DNA of 64,000 nucleotides from Squalus acanthias (lineage: Eukaryota), in assembly GCA_030390025.1 (NCBI GenBank), contig CM059431.1, forward strand, positions 106,022,001 through 106,086,000, given 5' to 3'. Below the pieces are notes generated by a model. It was not told where the DNA came from. It did not search any database and saw only the letters and a list, made by a program, of their open reading frames with translations. This document shows, piece by piece, positions 25,721-38,955 of this stretch (the first letter of the stretch is position 1; every line of letters starts with the position of its first letter). The translations under genes and the position numbers were made by a program.

Positions 25721-26732
25721 GAACGGGAATTTCTTGGGAATTCCTCGTTCAGACTGGGCGACAAAGTCTGCCTGGTGCAATGGCAGATCCAATTTATTCC
25801 GCAGATCTCCAGCAAGGTTTTACAACTCCATCTTCAGTTTTGGAACGTGAAGGTGGTGGTTTCCATAATGGGCTTGATTCATTGGGCTGGAGACAGCAGC
25901 GCAGTAATGAATGCTGCGACGCATCTCATTGTTGCACACGTTGGAAAGCAGCTTGAACTTTTTGTTTTAAAGACTGTAAACACAAGCTGCTGCTTCTCTG
26001 TATCTGCTATTTTATTGCTTTCATAGGAAGGGATTCAGAAAACAAGAATCCATTCTTCAGGCCTCCATGGCTCCAACACTTCTGGACACCCCCAGAAAGG
26101 AATGTGCAGTGGGCTCTGATAAAAGCAGCATCTTTTTGCCGAGTTTCTCTTTTTGAAACAGTAAGTGTAACCCAAATGGAATTCTTCCAGGCACCCTGCC
26201 ACTGAAAACCAATTGAGTTCCTCTGACAGGCTGGAAGTGCCCGATTCGAAAAGCCGATGCTGTGCTCACACTCTGGTGGGTAGAAAAGTGTAAGCTTTAC
26301 CACCCGTATCTTGAATTAAAACACAACCGTTTAACCTCTCGAGTACCACGGCTCCTTGAAGACGTGCGTGCTTTCCGCTCGACAGGCAGAAGGCAAATTT
26401 CCAGGCGGAGCTTCTCCCGTACAGCCGCCGTAACTTTGGCGGAAGAGCCGCGGAAAGCCCGGAAAACAAAAGATACGGCAGGCTATCGGGAAAAACCGCC
26501 TTGGAAATTCACCCACTAGCTGTTTGTTTGTGAATTCTGTTCTTTGTGTGCGGCACTGCTGGGAACGTGCAGGTGAAAACAGGATCCAGCTGTGATGCAC
26601 CCCATGTTCAAATAGTTTGCTTGCCCACTTCAGCCACCGCCTCGGCTCACATATGATGAACGGCCACCTGGATCAGGTACCGCAGGCCTGTGCAAATGTG
26701 CTTCCGCTTCAGTCACTTTCTTCAGGCAAGAG

Positions 26733-26868
26733 AAAGAAAGGGCTTGCATTTATATAGCGCCATTCACGACCTCAGGCCGTCCCAAAGCGCTCGACAGCCA
26801 CTGAAATACTTTGGAAGTGTGGTCACTGTTGTGATGCAGGGTAACGCGGCAGCCAATTCGCGCACAGC
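26733..26868 (-). mobile_element. SacSINE1-like 3' tail
   Basis: gaaagggcttgcatttatatagcgcc...gcagccaattcgcgcacagca. Confidence 0.75.
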
Positions 26869-27008
26869 AGTTCTGACGAAAGGTCATCGACCTGAAACGT
26901 TGACCCTGTTTCTCTCTCCGCGGGTGCTGCCTGACCCGCTGAGCATTTTCCAGCATTAATTCCTGTTTCTCCTCCAGCTTTCCAGCATTCGCAGGGTTCT
27001 GCTTTTGT
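26868..27008 (+). mobile_element. PLE family A terminus with intact hammerhead core
   Basis: agtt-CTGACGA-a-aggtc-atc-gacct-GAAA-c-GTT-gacc (26869-26905) followed by the family A tail. Confidence 0.75.
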
Positions 27009-27042
27009 TTCCAGAAGTGTAAAGGTTGTACAAACCATTAGG

Positions 27043-27522
27043 GGTAGGGTAGCATAGTGGTTATGTTACTGGACTAGTAACCCAGAAGCCTGGACTAATG
27101 ATCCCGGAGACACGAGTTCATAAGCCCAGCTGTGGAATTTAAATCTGGTTAATTAAATAAATCTGGAATTTAAAAAAAGCTAGTATCAGTAATGGTGACC
27201 ACGAAGCTTGTCGTAAAAACCCATCTGGTTCACTCATGTCCTTTAGGGAAGGAAATCTGCCGTCCTTACCCGGTCTGGTCTATACGAGACTCCAGACCCA
27301 CAGCAATGTGGTTGACTCTCAACTGCCCTCTGAAATGGCCGAGCGAGCCACTCAATTGTACCAAACCACTATGACAAAGATCACTGTGGGAGCACCTTCA
27401 CCACACGGACTGCAGCGGTTCATGAAGGCGGCTCACCACCACCTTCTCGAGGGCAATTAGGGATGGGCAATAAATGCCGGCCTTGCCAGCGACGCCCACA
27501 TCCCATAAACAATTTTTTTTTT
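27043..27522 (+). mobile_element. MER131-like tRNA SINE, near full length
   Basis: Head, core and an extended LINE-derived tail (cactgtgggagcaccttcaccacacggactgcagcggttc...). Confidence 0.75.
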
Positions 27523-28016
27523 AATGTTTAGTTTATTTTGATTTTTTTTTCAGTTCAGGCTTTTGATTGGGTTGAAATGTTCGAACGCTGTTGCAACGTT
27601 GCCTTATTTGCAGCATTTTTAAAGCTAACCGTTCTCTGCTAAACGCATGAAAAAATGCTGTTTAATATTTTGGTTGGTTTTTATTTTTGACTGATGTCGA
27701 TCTGCAAAATATCAGGCATTGCAAGCTGCCTAGCAGGACAAGGCAGTTGCTTTCCCCTCTGCTAAGTGCACCAGTGGAGTTGCTCATGCTGAGTGCGAGG
27801 TTGGCAATGGAGACCTTCAGTAAACAAACCTGTCAGCATTTCACAAGCATTTTTCATTTTCTTGACAGCAGGAAAAGAAAAATAATATTCTATCCCATGC
27901 CTCAATTCAGGATGAGTTACAAATACCTGTAGATTTACTTCGCAGTCGGCTGTCCAATACGCCTAGACCCAATCTCACTCGCTCACTCATGTGGCCTTGA
28001 AATTACTCTGTGCATA

Positions 28017-28612
28017 TGGGGTAGACGTTATGCTGCAGCTGTACAAAGCCCTGGTTAGACCACACCTGGAGCACTGTGTACAGTTCTGGGCACCACACCT
28101 TAGGAAGGATATATTGGCCTTGGAGGGAATGCAGCGTAGATTTACCAGAATGATACCCGGACTCCAAGGGCTAAATTATGAGGAGAGATTACACAAACTA
28201 GGGTTGTATTCCCTGGAATTTAGAAGGTTAAGGGGTGATCTGATCGAAGTTTGAGAGAATATTAAGGGGAACAGAAAGGGTAGATAGAGAGAAATTATTT
28301 CCGCTGGTTGGGGATTTTAGGACTAGGGGGCAGAGCCTAAAAATTAGAGCCAGACCTTTCAGGAGTGGAATTAGGAAACACTTCTACACACAAAGGGTGG
28401 TAGAAGTTTGTAACTCTCTCAAACGGCAATTGATGCTAGGTCAATTGTTAAATTTAAAATCTGAGATTGATAGCTTTTTTTTTTAACCAAATGCATTAAT
28501 GGATATGGGCCAAAGGCGGGTATATGGAGCTCGGTCGCAGATCGACCATGATCTCATTGAGTGGTGGAACAGGCTCGAGGGGCTCAATGGCCTCCTCCTG
28601 TTCCTATGTTCC
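28017..28612 (+). mobile_element. CR1 LINE 3' fragment
   Basis: [25 protein letters not shown]...[10 protein letters not shown]. Confidence 0.9.
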
Positions 28613-28927
28613 CATGACATTCCCCAGTGTTACCACAGCCCAGGAACATCTCGCCGTGTTAGCAAACCCCAGGACCGCTTCCTCTCTAGAACCCAAATCC
28701 AACTAGTACACCTTGCCGCGCATGTTGCTGTGCATCTGCAGCTTCATAAACAGGAAGGGATAAAAATGAAATATGTAGCTAAATGAATATTGAAACTATA
28801 AAGGCCACTCATTTACAGAATAATGGACAGAGTCGGGGAATTTGATCCCAAAGCACTGGCAAAACAAGAATACCACGTAATAAAATTGAATTTGGCTTAT
28901 TCAGTTATCGTAAACCAGCCGCCCTGA

Positions 28928-29068
28928 CAACGTTCCCTCTAAGCTGCACGGCCACGCAACTCTTTGCTGGTCCCGCGTAGCCTGGGACCGGTTTTTCTAA
29001 TGTTAAATTTCATGCATGCGCGAAACTTTGAGGGGCCGCGCACCCAAAAGAAATTAGGGGGAACATTG
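28928..29068. mobile_element. hAT MITE, 141 bp
   Basis: TIRs caacgttccctctaa / ttagggggaacattg; perfect 8-bp TSD cgccctga (28920-28927, 29069-29076). Confidence 0.85.
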
Positions 29069-29689
29069 CGCCCTGATGTTGTGCCTTACGTGGTGTAAAA
29101 CCCTTATTATTCTAAAACATTGGTCCTGGAAGTTCTGCGGTGGTTCTCCTGATCTCCCACTGTATCTTCAGCAGGAGACTGGCGGACGGGCAGAGAAACG
29201 ATGCAAACAGCGTTCAGCTGTTTACGCTGCATCTCTGGGGTATCTGCTCATCTTCCACCAGAGTCATGTCAGTACCCCTACGGAATTTCAGGAGCACTCT
29301 ATTCTCCAGATCACTGGGAGCATTGCCACAGGAATCCTGCTAATGGTATATTTAAAGTCTTGCAGGTGGTGCACTCTGTTTATGTGGGCGACATTTACCT
29401 CCTGTCACACTTTGCCTGTTACACTGTGCTGCTACTGTTGTGGAACAGCGTGCCCTCCTATTCACCATGAGCATTGTCGCAGGAGATCTGATAGCATATT
29501 TTATTTGGAAAGAGCTTGAACAATGCTGCTTGTGCAAGACTGATTCCACTATGGACTTCAGTGCAGACTGTATGCGTAGGGTAAATCCACCATACCAGTC
29601 TTGTCCATGCCCATCAATGACATTTTAATATGGCAGTGTCAAACATGGGTTGGCATGGTTCCTGCAGGATGCTTTGATTTTTCTGGAGT

Positions 29690-29930
29690 TTTTTTTATGC
29701 GTTCGTGGGATGTGGGTGTTGCTGGCAAAGCCAGCATTTATTGCCCATCCCTAATTGCCCTTTGGGAAGGGGGTGGTGAGCTGCCTTCTTGAACCGCTGC
29801 AGTCCGTGTGGTGCAGGTGCTCCCACAGTGCTGTTGGGGAGGGAGTTCCAGGATTTTGACCCAGCAACGATGAAGGAACGGTGATATATTTCCAAGTCGG
29901 GATGGTGTGTGACTTGGAGGGGAACTTGGA
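29690..29930 (-). mobile_element. LINE 3' fragment (family of 23536)
   Basis: QVPLQVTHHPDLEIY..SFIVAGSKSWNSLP. Confidence 0.8.
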
Positions 29931-31216
29931 AGTATGGAAAATCTGAGCTGGAAATGACCACGCCAGCATTCATATCAGTTGGCGCGCTAGTCATGATAAC
30001 AGCCCTGTTCAGTTCACAGACACTGACTGACTTCAAATCAATCAATACTTTTTATACCAGCCAAACATTGCTTAATAAAGTTCCTGTCTCCAAACCACAG
30101 GTACTAAACGCTAACTGGTAATTATTCACATGCAGGTCACATTCACTGATGATGACTGACACTTGGAACCAACATTGTCACATAACACTCCAGCTGTCAG
30201 ATCCCAGGAATCAAACCTATTGCTCTGTACAGTAACAGCAGAATCAACACAGCAACTTATAAAACACACCAAGTAGCCTGAACCCGATTTATTACATATT
30301 TAATAGATTGACGGGGGTATGCTTTTTTCTGATCCCTAATGACAGCAAAAGGCAGCGTGACTATAAAGCAGAGCCCACCTTACGCCCCTGTTGAGTCTTT
30401 CCCATCAGTAAACCAAGAAAAATATACTCCTATTTTCTCTAAATCCAGCTAACATCAGCGGGATTTTTTTTCCCCAACAACTTTTATTGTGAGTAACACG
30501 TTATCAATTTACTGCAATAATACAAACATAACATTGCTTCAAACAGCAGCAGAGAAAATCCCTCCTGAAAACACCAATAAATAACTCCATTAATAAGTGA
30601 ACGTACACCTCTCTCCCACAAACGCAATGCCCCCAACAAATGACCCTTGCTTTTCACAAAAGCGTTAACCTTCCCATATTCTTGATAAGAACGCTATGGT
30701 GTGGCGCACTTCAAGCCCATGTTCTACCATCCCTAATGCTAAACTAGTTTTCCGCACTCCCCCAGATAACCCTGAACATTTGGGAATTCTTTGTAAATCA
30801 GTTTTTTTTTCCAAATTCACATTAGCCCCGAGTGCATTCTTTCACCGGGCTCTTGACTGTAGAAGTTCTGGTTTCTATGGGGGGCTGATACACTGTTTCA
30901 TTGTTTTAAGCTCACATATTAGCCAGGAATCCAAGGAAAACAATCACAAGATTGATTTGGATGAAGGAGGCCTTTTGACCATTGATTTTTTTTTTCACAA
31001 CATGGACCCACATCTCTAGCTTCAGGGCCATATTTCCACTGGTTATATCAGGGAATAATTTTTTTTTCCAACAATTTCATGAATAATAACGTGCTAAATA
31101 AAGAAAAGAAGTCGCTTTTGTGCTAAACCAAAAGCAGGGATAGGGAAACCTATCAAATTGTTGCCCTGAATCCAACATGGCACTGTTAAGGAGAGAGCAA
31201 GACAATAAAGGTCGAT

Positions 31217-31943
31217 GGCCCAGAGTTTGCTGGAGCAGGGCATCTCACGGCGTGCCCAGTTTGTTTGATTTTATCCTGGACCCTTCAGTCCGAACAATTT
31301 TTTGCGTTCCAAGTTGATGGACGTGTGACATGGGCAACGTGGCATCTGAAACCTTGGTGAATGATGGGACCAACAGTCTATCTATCTCCTTAACCAATGA
31401 GATTTAAGGATTGAGAAATAAACAGAGGAACGACGGGGAAGGAAATAGGGTGAATTAGAGTCAAACAGGTACAGAAAGAGAAATAAGGAGAGGGAAAGGA
31501 GGATTTAATTAAGAGAGTGAGAAGCAAGAGAGAGAAAGGAAAAAGAAGTTAAAACATTTTAAATTTTAAATTTAAAAAAATCTAAGATCAATTTACTACC
31601 TGAAGCAATGAGACCACACAGTTTCACTTGTTCCCTTTCTGAGTCGGAGACACTGACTGGCACTGCAGGAACAGAAATCCCGAGGTTAAAAGGTTCCTTA
31701 CACTGTTAAATACCATCCTTAACTTTCTGCGGCAAGTTACATTTGTGTAAACAGCGCAAATGCAGCAATTTCTTGACTCTCACCCGGGGGGGGGTTGAGG
31801 GCGAGCTGTTGTTTTCGCGAGGCTAATGGCGGATTCGCAACTCATGGCGTATCACTTCCTCGCCACAAGTTGCTGGGTTATTTACACACGAATAGCGGCG
31901 TGCGCGTTGAACGCGCCGTTATGTTACCAGTAAATTCTGGGAC
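31217..31943. mobile_element. Harbinger-like MITE
   Basis: Imperfect TIRs ggcccagagtttgctgg / ccagtaaattctgggac. Confidence 0.6.
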
Positions 31944-32044
31944 AATGTGTCTTCTTTAAACATTGTTCAGGCAGGATGTGGACTTCAAACCCCAAAAGAA
32001 TAAATGATTTTAAATCATGGACTACAACTGCTTTCAAGTTACTG

Positions 32045-32760
32045 GGCCACAATTTGGTGTAAAAAAAACAAACGGTGAGGCTAATGGCGCGCAATTGCCA
32101 CAGCAACTTTAGGCGAGGGGCAGATGCGTGGTTAAACGCGGAAAAAACAAAAGTTGCTGTCCGAGATGCGCCACTCTGCCGTTACCTTCGTGGAAACGGC
32201 ATCTCGCCGTCTGCCTCACCATCGAAATGCATTGTACGGCGTGAAATTCCTGTATTTGCGCAGAAGATACGAACCAAACTCACCACAGAAAGTCTTGCCC
32301 ATTTCAGTCTAAGTAACCTTTTAATTGTTAATTGCTGCCAGTCAACCTCTCCAGCACTGAAAATTAACTGTTGCAAGTGTGGAGTCTCATTCCTTCAGGT
32401 TTTAATTGTTAGAGATTTTAAAAATGTAAAATTTAATTTTCTGTCTTTTCGTGATGCAATCTTTCTTTCCCTCTCTTTTTTCTCTTTCTGTACCTGATTT
32501 GACATTGAATTCCCCCACTCTAATTCATCCTCCTTCTCAGTCATTGCACTGTTTATTTCCCAATCCTTCAATCTGATTGGTTAAGGAGATACCCTGTTGC
32601 TTGCCCTGTTCACTCAGGCCCCAGATGTCCGGTTTCCCCTCGCTGCGTCGTTATCAGCTCGCACTCTCGGCAACTTGCCACACAAATTTTTTTAAAAAAC
32701 TAAACATCCAAGGGCAAGTCTGACGAACGGCAGATGCTGTTAGATGCCACGCCACAGCAT
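32045..32760. mobile_element. Related MITE copy, inverted relative to 31217-31943
   Basis: For example ctctttctgtacctg...gtttatttcccaatccttcaatctgattggttaaggagat is approximately the reverse complement of 31385-31480. Confidence 0.6.
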
Positions 32761-33627
32761 ATTAGAATCATAGAATGGTTACAGCACAGAAGGAGGCCAT
32801 TCGGCCCGTCGAGCCCGTGCCGGCTCTCTGCAAGAGCACTTCAGCTAGTCCTGCTTCCCTGCCCTTGCCCCGTAGCCCTGCAAATTGTTTTTCCTTCCGG
32901 TACTTATCCAATTTACCTGAAGGAAAAAATAAAAATTGCAGGCCAAATTCTTATTCCAATTATCTCCCTATTTCTCCTGAAGATACTGACTCTTGCTCTG
33001 CTATATGCCATGGGGGCTGACAGTCCTCTGGCACTTAGCCTAACTGGCCATTCTTCACATGTGGGCACTTGACTGTGGCAGGAGTCAAATCCAACTCCGA
33101 TCCTCTTCTCATTTAAAATCCACAGACATGCGCTTCTCAGCAAGGATTACTGAATAGGGATCAGAAGCAGGAGCACGGGATTATCTTTTCCACATCCCAA
33201 CCTAAGGCACTGGGGCCAATTAAGAACCCCAGTAACTACCCCAGGTGAGATCAGCCAACTGAGCACACAACAGGAATTGAACCTGAAATCACCTGTCTTT
33301 ATGCTTTAGCACCAGCCCATGATATGCATTCATCTACCAAACCAGCAAGGGAGCTTCCCCAACATCCTGCTTACCAAATGTGCTGACAGTTCATTTCGTT
33401 CCGAGGAGTTTTTATTTTCTGTAGCAGATAATGAGCTATGTATGAAAATTGCACTGGTCTTTGTCTCTCGTGAATCATGAAGCTGCGAACTAGAATTACA
33501 TCAAATTTTGCAGCATGAAAGCAGGCCATTTGCTGCTTAATATCTTGTTTTCCTCTGTCCATTTCCTATCTTGGTGTGGCTGGGTTAAAGGGTGTTGCAT
33601 TTATAAAAAAAACAGTTCTGATTTTCC

Positions 33628-33836
33628 CACCCTACTTCATCTAACCCCATCAGCATATCCCTCTATTCCTTTCTCCCTCATGTGTTTATCTAGCTTCCCC
33701 TTAAATGCATTATGCTATTCGCCTCAACCATTCCCTGTGGCAGCGAGTTACACATTCTAATCACTCTCTGGGTAAAGAAGTTTCTCCTGAATTCCCTGTT
33801 GGATACGTTAGTGACTATCTTATATTTATGGCCCCT
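33628..33836 (-). mobile_element. CR1 3' fragment
   Basis: RGHKYKIVT..SNREFRRNFFTQRVIRMCNSLP. Confidence 0.85.
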
Positions 33837-33865
33837 ATATAGCTTCTTATACATCCAGATGTCTG

Positions 33866-34460
33866 ACTGCAATTATATAGGGCCCTGGTGAGACCACACC
33901 GGGAGTATTGTGTACAGTTTTGGTCTCCTTACTTAAGGAAGGATATACTTGCCATAGAGGGAGTGCAACAAAGGTTCACCAGACTGATTCCTGGGATGGG
34001 GGGATTGTCCTATGAGGACAGATTGAGTAGACTAGGCCTATATTCTCTAGAGCTGAGAAGAATGAGAGGTGATCTCATTGAAACATACAAAATTCTTACA
34101 GGGCTTGACAGGGTAGATGCAGGGAGGATGTTTCCCCTGGCTGGGGAATCTACAACCAGGCGTCACAGTCTCAGAATAAGGGGTTGGCCATTTAGGACTA
34201 AGATGAGGAGAAATTTCTTCACTCAGAGGGTGGTGAATCTTTGGAATTCTCTACCCCAGAGGGCTGTGGAGGCTCAGTCGTTGAGTATATTCAAGACAGT
34301 ACCGATAGATTTTTGGATATTAAGGGAATCAAGGGATATGGGGATAGTTCAGGAAAGTGGAGATGAGGTAGAAGATCAGCCATGATCTTATTGAATGGTG
34401 GAGCAGGCTCGAGGGGCTGAATGGTCTACTCCTACTCCTATTTCTTATGTTTTTATGTTT
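33866..34460 (+). mobile_element. CR1 LINE 3' fragment
   Basis: RPHREYCVQFWSPYLRKDI...FFTQRVVNLWNSLP plus UTR. Confidence 0.9.
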
Positions 34461-34478
34461 AAATGATTTGAAACACAG

Positions 34479-34878
34479 AAAAGAAAAAAAAAGACTTGCA
34501 TTTATATAGCGCCTTTAACGATCTCAGGACATCTCAAATACTTTACAGCCAATGAAGTAGATTTGAAGTGTAGTCACTGTTGCAATGTAGGAAACGCGGC
34601 AGCCAATTTGCGCACAGCAAGCTCCCACAAACAGCAATGTGATAATGACTAGATAATCTGTTTTTGTTATGTTGATTGAGGGATAAATATTGGCCAGCAC
34701 ACCGGGGAGAACTCCCCTGCTCTTCTTCGGACCAGTGCTGTGGGATCTTTAACGTCCACCTGAGAGAGCAGACAGGGCCTCGGTTTAACGTCTCATCCGA
34801 AAGACGGCACCTCCGACAGTGCAGCACGCCCTCAGCACTACACTGGGAGTGTCAGCCTAGATTTTTGTGCTCAAGCCT
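34479..34878 (-). mobile_element. SacSINE1-like SINE lacking its head
   Basis: Matches the other copies in this window. Confidence 0.85.
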
Positions 34879-37014
34879 CAAGTAAAGGGTTACGATCTCT
34901 GTTTGCCTTTCTTATTTTGTATACGATGAAAAGCAATATGTCAGCCAGCAAGGTTTGTTGAATATATTGCACATTTAAAAATATAATTCAGAGACCTAGG
35001 TGAAGTATCAAGGCCATGAGTGCAGCACACCGCCAGGGTAAAAAAAAGAGTAGGAGAGAAAATGAGATCAATTAAGAATTGATGGTTAGGTGAGGCCAAC
35101 CTTCCAATGTTCTGTCCAAAATTATACAATCTCAAAACAGAATTAGTTACTAAAAGGTAGAAATAATTGTCGCCAATATTAAAATAATTGGGCTATCACC
35201 ACCATTAAAATACTGGACAGAGGAATGTCATTGTTTATCATTGCTTAGTTCAGTACGACCTCAAAATGATTATTGGTGATGATGCTGCACAGATGTTCGA
35301 CACGCTCATATCAAATTCCTCTCTGCCCTGGAGACAGTAACCCATTTGAAATAAACAGATTAACACCTCTGTTAAAATAGTGAAGTTAGGAATCTGATGC
35401 AAGCACATAATGAGTGTTTGAACCTTAAGATTGCTCACAGTAACTTCCAGCCTTCTACTCCACTGAACCTTTGGAATAGCGTTACATCTGGTTGGTGTCA
35501 AGTCAACTCTAAATAAACTCTGTAAATTACTGACAGTTACGTTACAATTCTGATGAAACTGCTATTGCGGGCATCTGTTGTGAGCACATTTCACTCACAG
35601 GAGGGGACACAGGTGTGAAATGTTATTGCTGGAAGATTTTCACATTTTTTCAAATGTTGACAATTCACTTTAACTTCCTGCTTAGGCTCAGTGCTTCCAA
35701 CTCCTGCTGATCAAAACTTCCACACTTGGGTGGTTGGTCACTATTGGGGTGAACTAACCTATCTTGCTCTCGCTCTCCAGCTCCGAACCATTTGAGCTGT
35801 TAAAACGCTGGGGGTGGGGGTGGTGGGTGGGAGGTTGGTGGGGCGGTGTTAATCTTATCTGTACCTCCAATTTGGCACAGTTCAAAAATCAGATGGAAAA
35901 ACTAGGATTTTTTTTTTTTTAAAGCAGAACAAACTGATTACAACAATACATTGCACATGCTGTGCACGCACAGCACATCTTGGCTCATAGACATGTTTTC
36001 GTTTTATCCTTCCTCCACTTTTATTTTATGAAAAGACATTTTTAAAGCACATAAAGAGATGCCAGGCAGTGGGAGGAAGGCATCAGCCATGTCACTTGGC
36101 AGCTGTGAATTCAGCTGCAGAGCCCGCCAGCATCCACACGAGCAGGAGGTAATCATCAATAAATAAAACTCAGCGAGCAATATGAGGTTTATTTAATCTG
36201 GTCTTAATGTGCTATGTTTATAGTCACTAACAGGGGCTGAATTACTGTTTTTTGTTTCCTCCAGTGATTTAGATTCTGTTTACCACAATAAACATTGTAT
36301 TCGCAATGGAAAAGATCCTCGCCAACATAAGTGAAGGATTTGGTAATGCCGAAACAGCTTGCAATAGATTGAGTATCGATGATATGCCCTTGGCAGATGT
36401 GGTCAATCCAATCTACAAAGCCTAACATCACACATAAGATCCAAGTTCCTAAGAGAAATTCCCTCTGATTTAAGGATCCAAAGGCTCACAGCAATATGAA
36501 AAGAACAACATTTCTTAAGTTGGATCTGTTACTGGCAAGTTTAAAAAAAATACATACTAGTGGATCTCCTGTGGCATTGCTCACACACAGTCTGAGATCA
36601 GAAACATGGTACTGATGTTTATCTGCTCGTCTGACCTGTCCCTTTAAGGCTTAAGTGCTCATTCTGGAGAACATAAGACCATAAGAAATAGGAGCAGGAG
36701 TAGGCCATTCGGACGTGATACAAACAAGCAAATCTAGCTAATTGCAGCTGTTTGTAAACTGCCGAGGTCAATCAAGGGGGAATTGTAAATTGCTTTCAAA
36801 TGTTGAACTCTCGTTCAGTGACAGAGTTTATCTTCTTTGATGATTGTTTCGATATGTCAGTTAGCTGTGCTTCTTGTAACAGGCGGCGGGAAGTTACAGC
36901 GCCACTTCTGGAGCAAACAAGAGTAACTGCCATTCCTGCGTTATTGTATTTTTTTTAAAGCGGTAACTGTGCCATTGTCTGGAAGAAGTAATAAGACCAG
37001 GTGTTACTAATATA

Positions 37015-37292
37015 AAGAAAGACAGACAGACTTGAATTTATATCACACCTTTCACCTCCCCGCCCCCCAGACTGTCCCAAAGCGCTTTACAGTCAATGAA
37101 GTACTTTTGAAGTGTAGTCATTGTTGTAAAGTAGGAAACGTGGCAGCCAATTTGTGCACAGCAAGCTCCCACAAACAAAAGTGTGGTAATGATCAGATCA
37201 TCTGTTTTAGTGATGTTGGTTGAACGATAAATATTGACCAGGGCACCGGCGGGGGAGAACTCTCCTGCTCCTCTTTGAGATAGTGCCATGGA
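37015..37292 (-). mobile_element. SacSINE1-like 3' half
   Basis: Matches the other copies in this window. Confidence 0.75.
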
Positions 37293-38651
37293 AGAATACA
37301 CACCAACAAATTATGCACACTTGTGTCTTTGTGGATACAACTGAAGGTCTTGCTATGCTGCTGTCAGTACTTCCCTAGTCCCAGACATGTGTGCTGTTTG
37401 TTCTATACACCATCCAGAAGTTCCATTTCACTCTACATTTTTTTTAAATTCATCCCTCCACTTCCTTATTTCTCCTCCTGTTCCTCCATCTATTTAGCCT
37501 GGACAAGTGGATCGAGCCATTCAGTGCAGGACATTCTTAAGAGCTTCCCAATCTTTGAATGTGAAAGGGCAATATGATGACTATAACACCACTAGCCACA
37601 TCACTGGAGCCAATTATACCACGCAAATGAAAGGATTACGTATAATCCTCAGGATTATATTGAGAATCAGTCGATATATTAAAGAACTCCAGTTTCAGAT
37701 TGTATTCCCTGAGGTGTTCATTGCAAACATTCTGCCTACACCACGCAATCCACACATTGCAACTTAATAATTATCTTTCTAATATGAAGTCTAAAAAAAA
37801 CACTTATTATAGTAACTACATTTTCAGCTGATGTGGATGACATTTTGGAAGATTTATTTTTACACAGTAATCATTTTTTCCAATGACTGTGCGTATAATT
37901 GTGTACATTTGCAAGCCATACAACACATTACACTCAAAACACTATCTCAATTCACCATTTCTAAGCAGCAGTATTATATGAAGCCCTGAGGCTCATTGTC
38001 TGTACAATGTAATGATGCCACTTACACTGGGTACAGGGATCCAGAGGAAAAAAAAAAGTCTTCCTTTTAACTAGTTGCACACCAAAATCAAGACTATTGG
38101 AAATATTTGGTATAATGATCACGTAGGAACAGGAGTAATCCATTCAACCCCTCGAGCCCGCGCCACCACTCAATTAGACGAGGGCTGATCTGTATCTAAA
38201 CTCCAACTCCTCGTTTAGTTCCGTAACCTTTAACACCCTTGCCGAACAAAAATCTATCAATCTCAGTTTTAAAAAAACAGGCCGATTTCATCCAGCACAA
38301 TGCAGTGAGGAGGACAGTAACTTTCCTACCTTTTTTGGGTTTGCCCACTAACTGTGGAGGGACAGGAAGTCCCGGCAAGCAGCCCACCCCAAGGGAAGCG
38401 AACGTGAACAGGAAATTGGATGGGCTTCTTGCATGAACTTACCAGAACCACTGCTGGTGGAGGGAAACTAGAGGAGGAAATAACTTATTTTTTTTAAACA
38501 ATGGATAGAGCCACTAAAATGATTCACAGAGAACAAGACAGTTTTAACTGGTCTGTAAAGCTATGCAATTGCAGTCAGAGAATTCAAATTTCACATACTC
38601 CAGGATGCCGTCCCAGCGGTCAACCTTGTCCCCTGGACCGCAGGAATATTT

Positions 38652-38955
38652 AAACAACAACTTGCATTTATATAGCGCCTTTGACGTAGTAAATCGTCCC
38701 AAGGTGCTTCACAGGAGCACAATCAAGCAAAAATTGACACTGAGCCACCTAAGGAGATATTAGGACAGGTGATCCAAAGCTTGGTCAAAGAGGTCGGTTT
38801 AAAGGAGCATCTTAAAGGAGGAGAGAGAGGTAGCGAGGCGGAGAGGTTTAGGGAGGGAATTCCAGAGCTTAGGGCCTGGGCAGCTGAAGGCACGGCCACC
38901 AATGGTGGAGCGATGAAAATCGGGGATGCGCATGAGGCCAGAATTGGAGGAGAGC
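38652..38955 (-). mobile_element. L2 3' fragment
   Basis: IGGRAFSCPGPKLWNSLPKPLR on the minus strand; L2 tail. Confidence 0.85.

Noticed and set aside
29076..29640. Possible exon or transposase relic (147-aa ORF)
   Set aside because: No recognisable motif in the frames I examined; BLASTX would be needed to go further.
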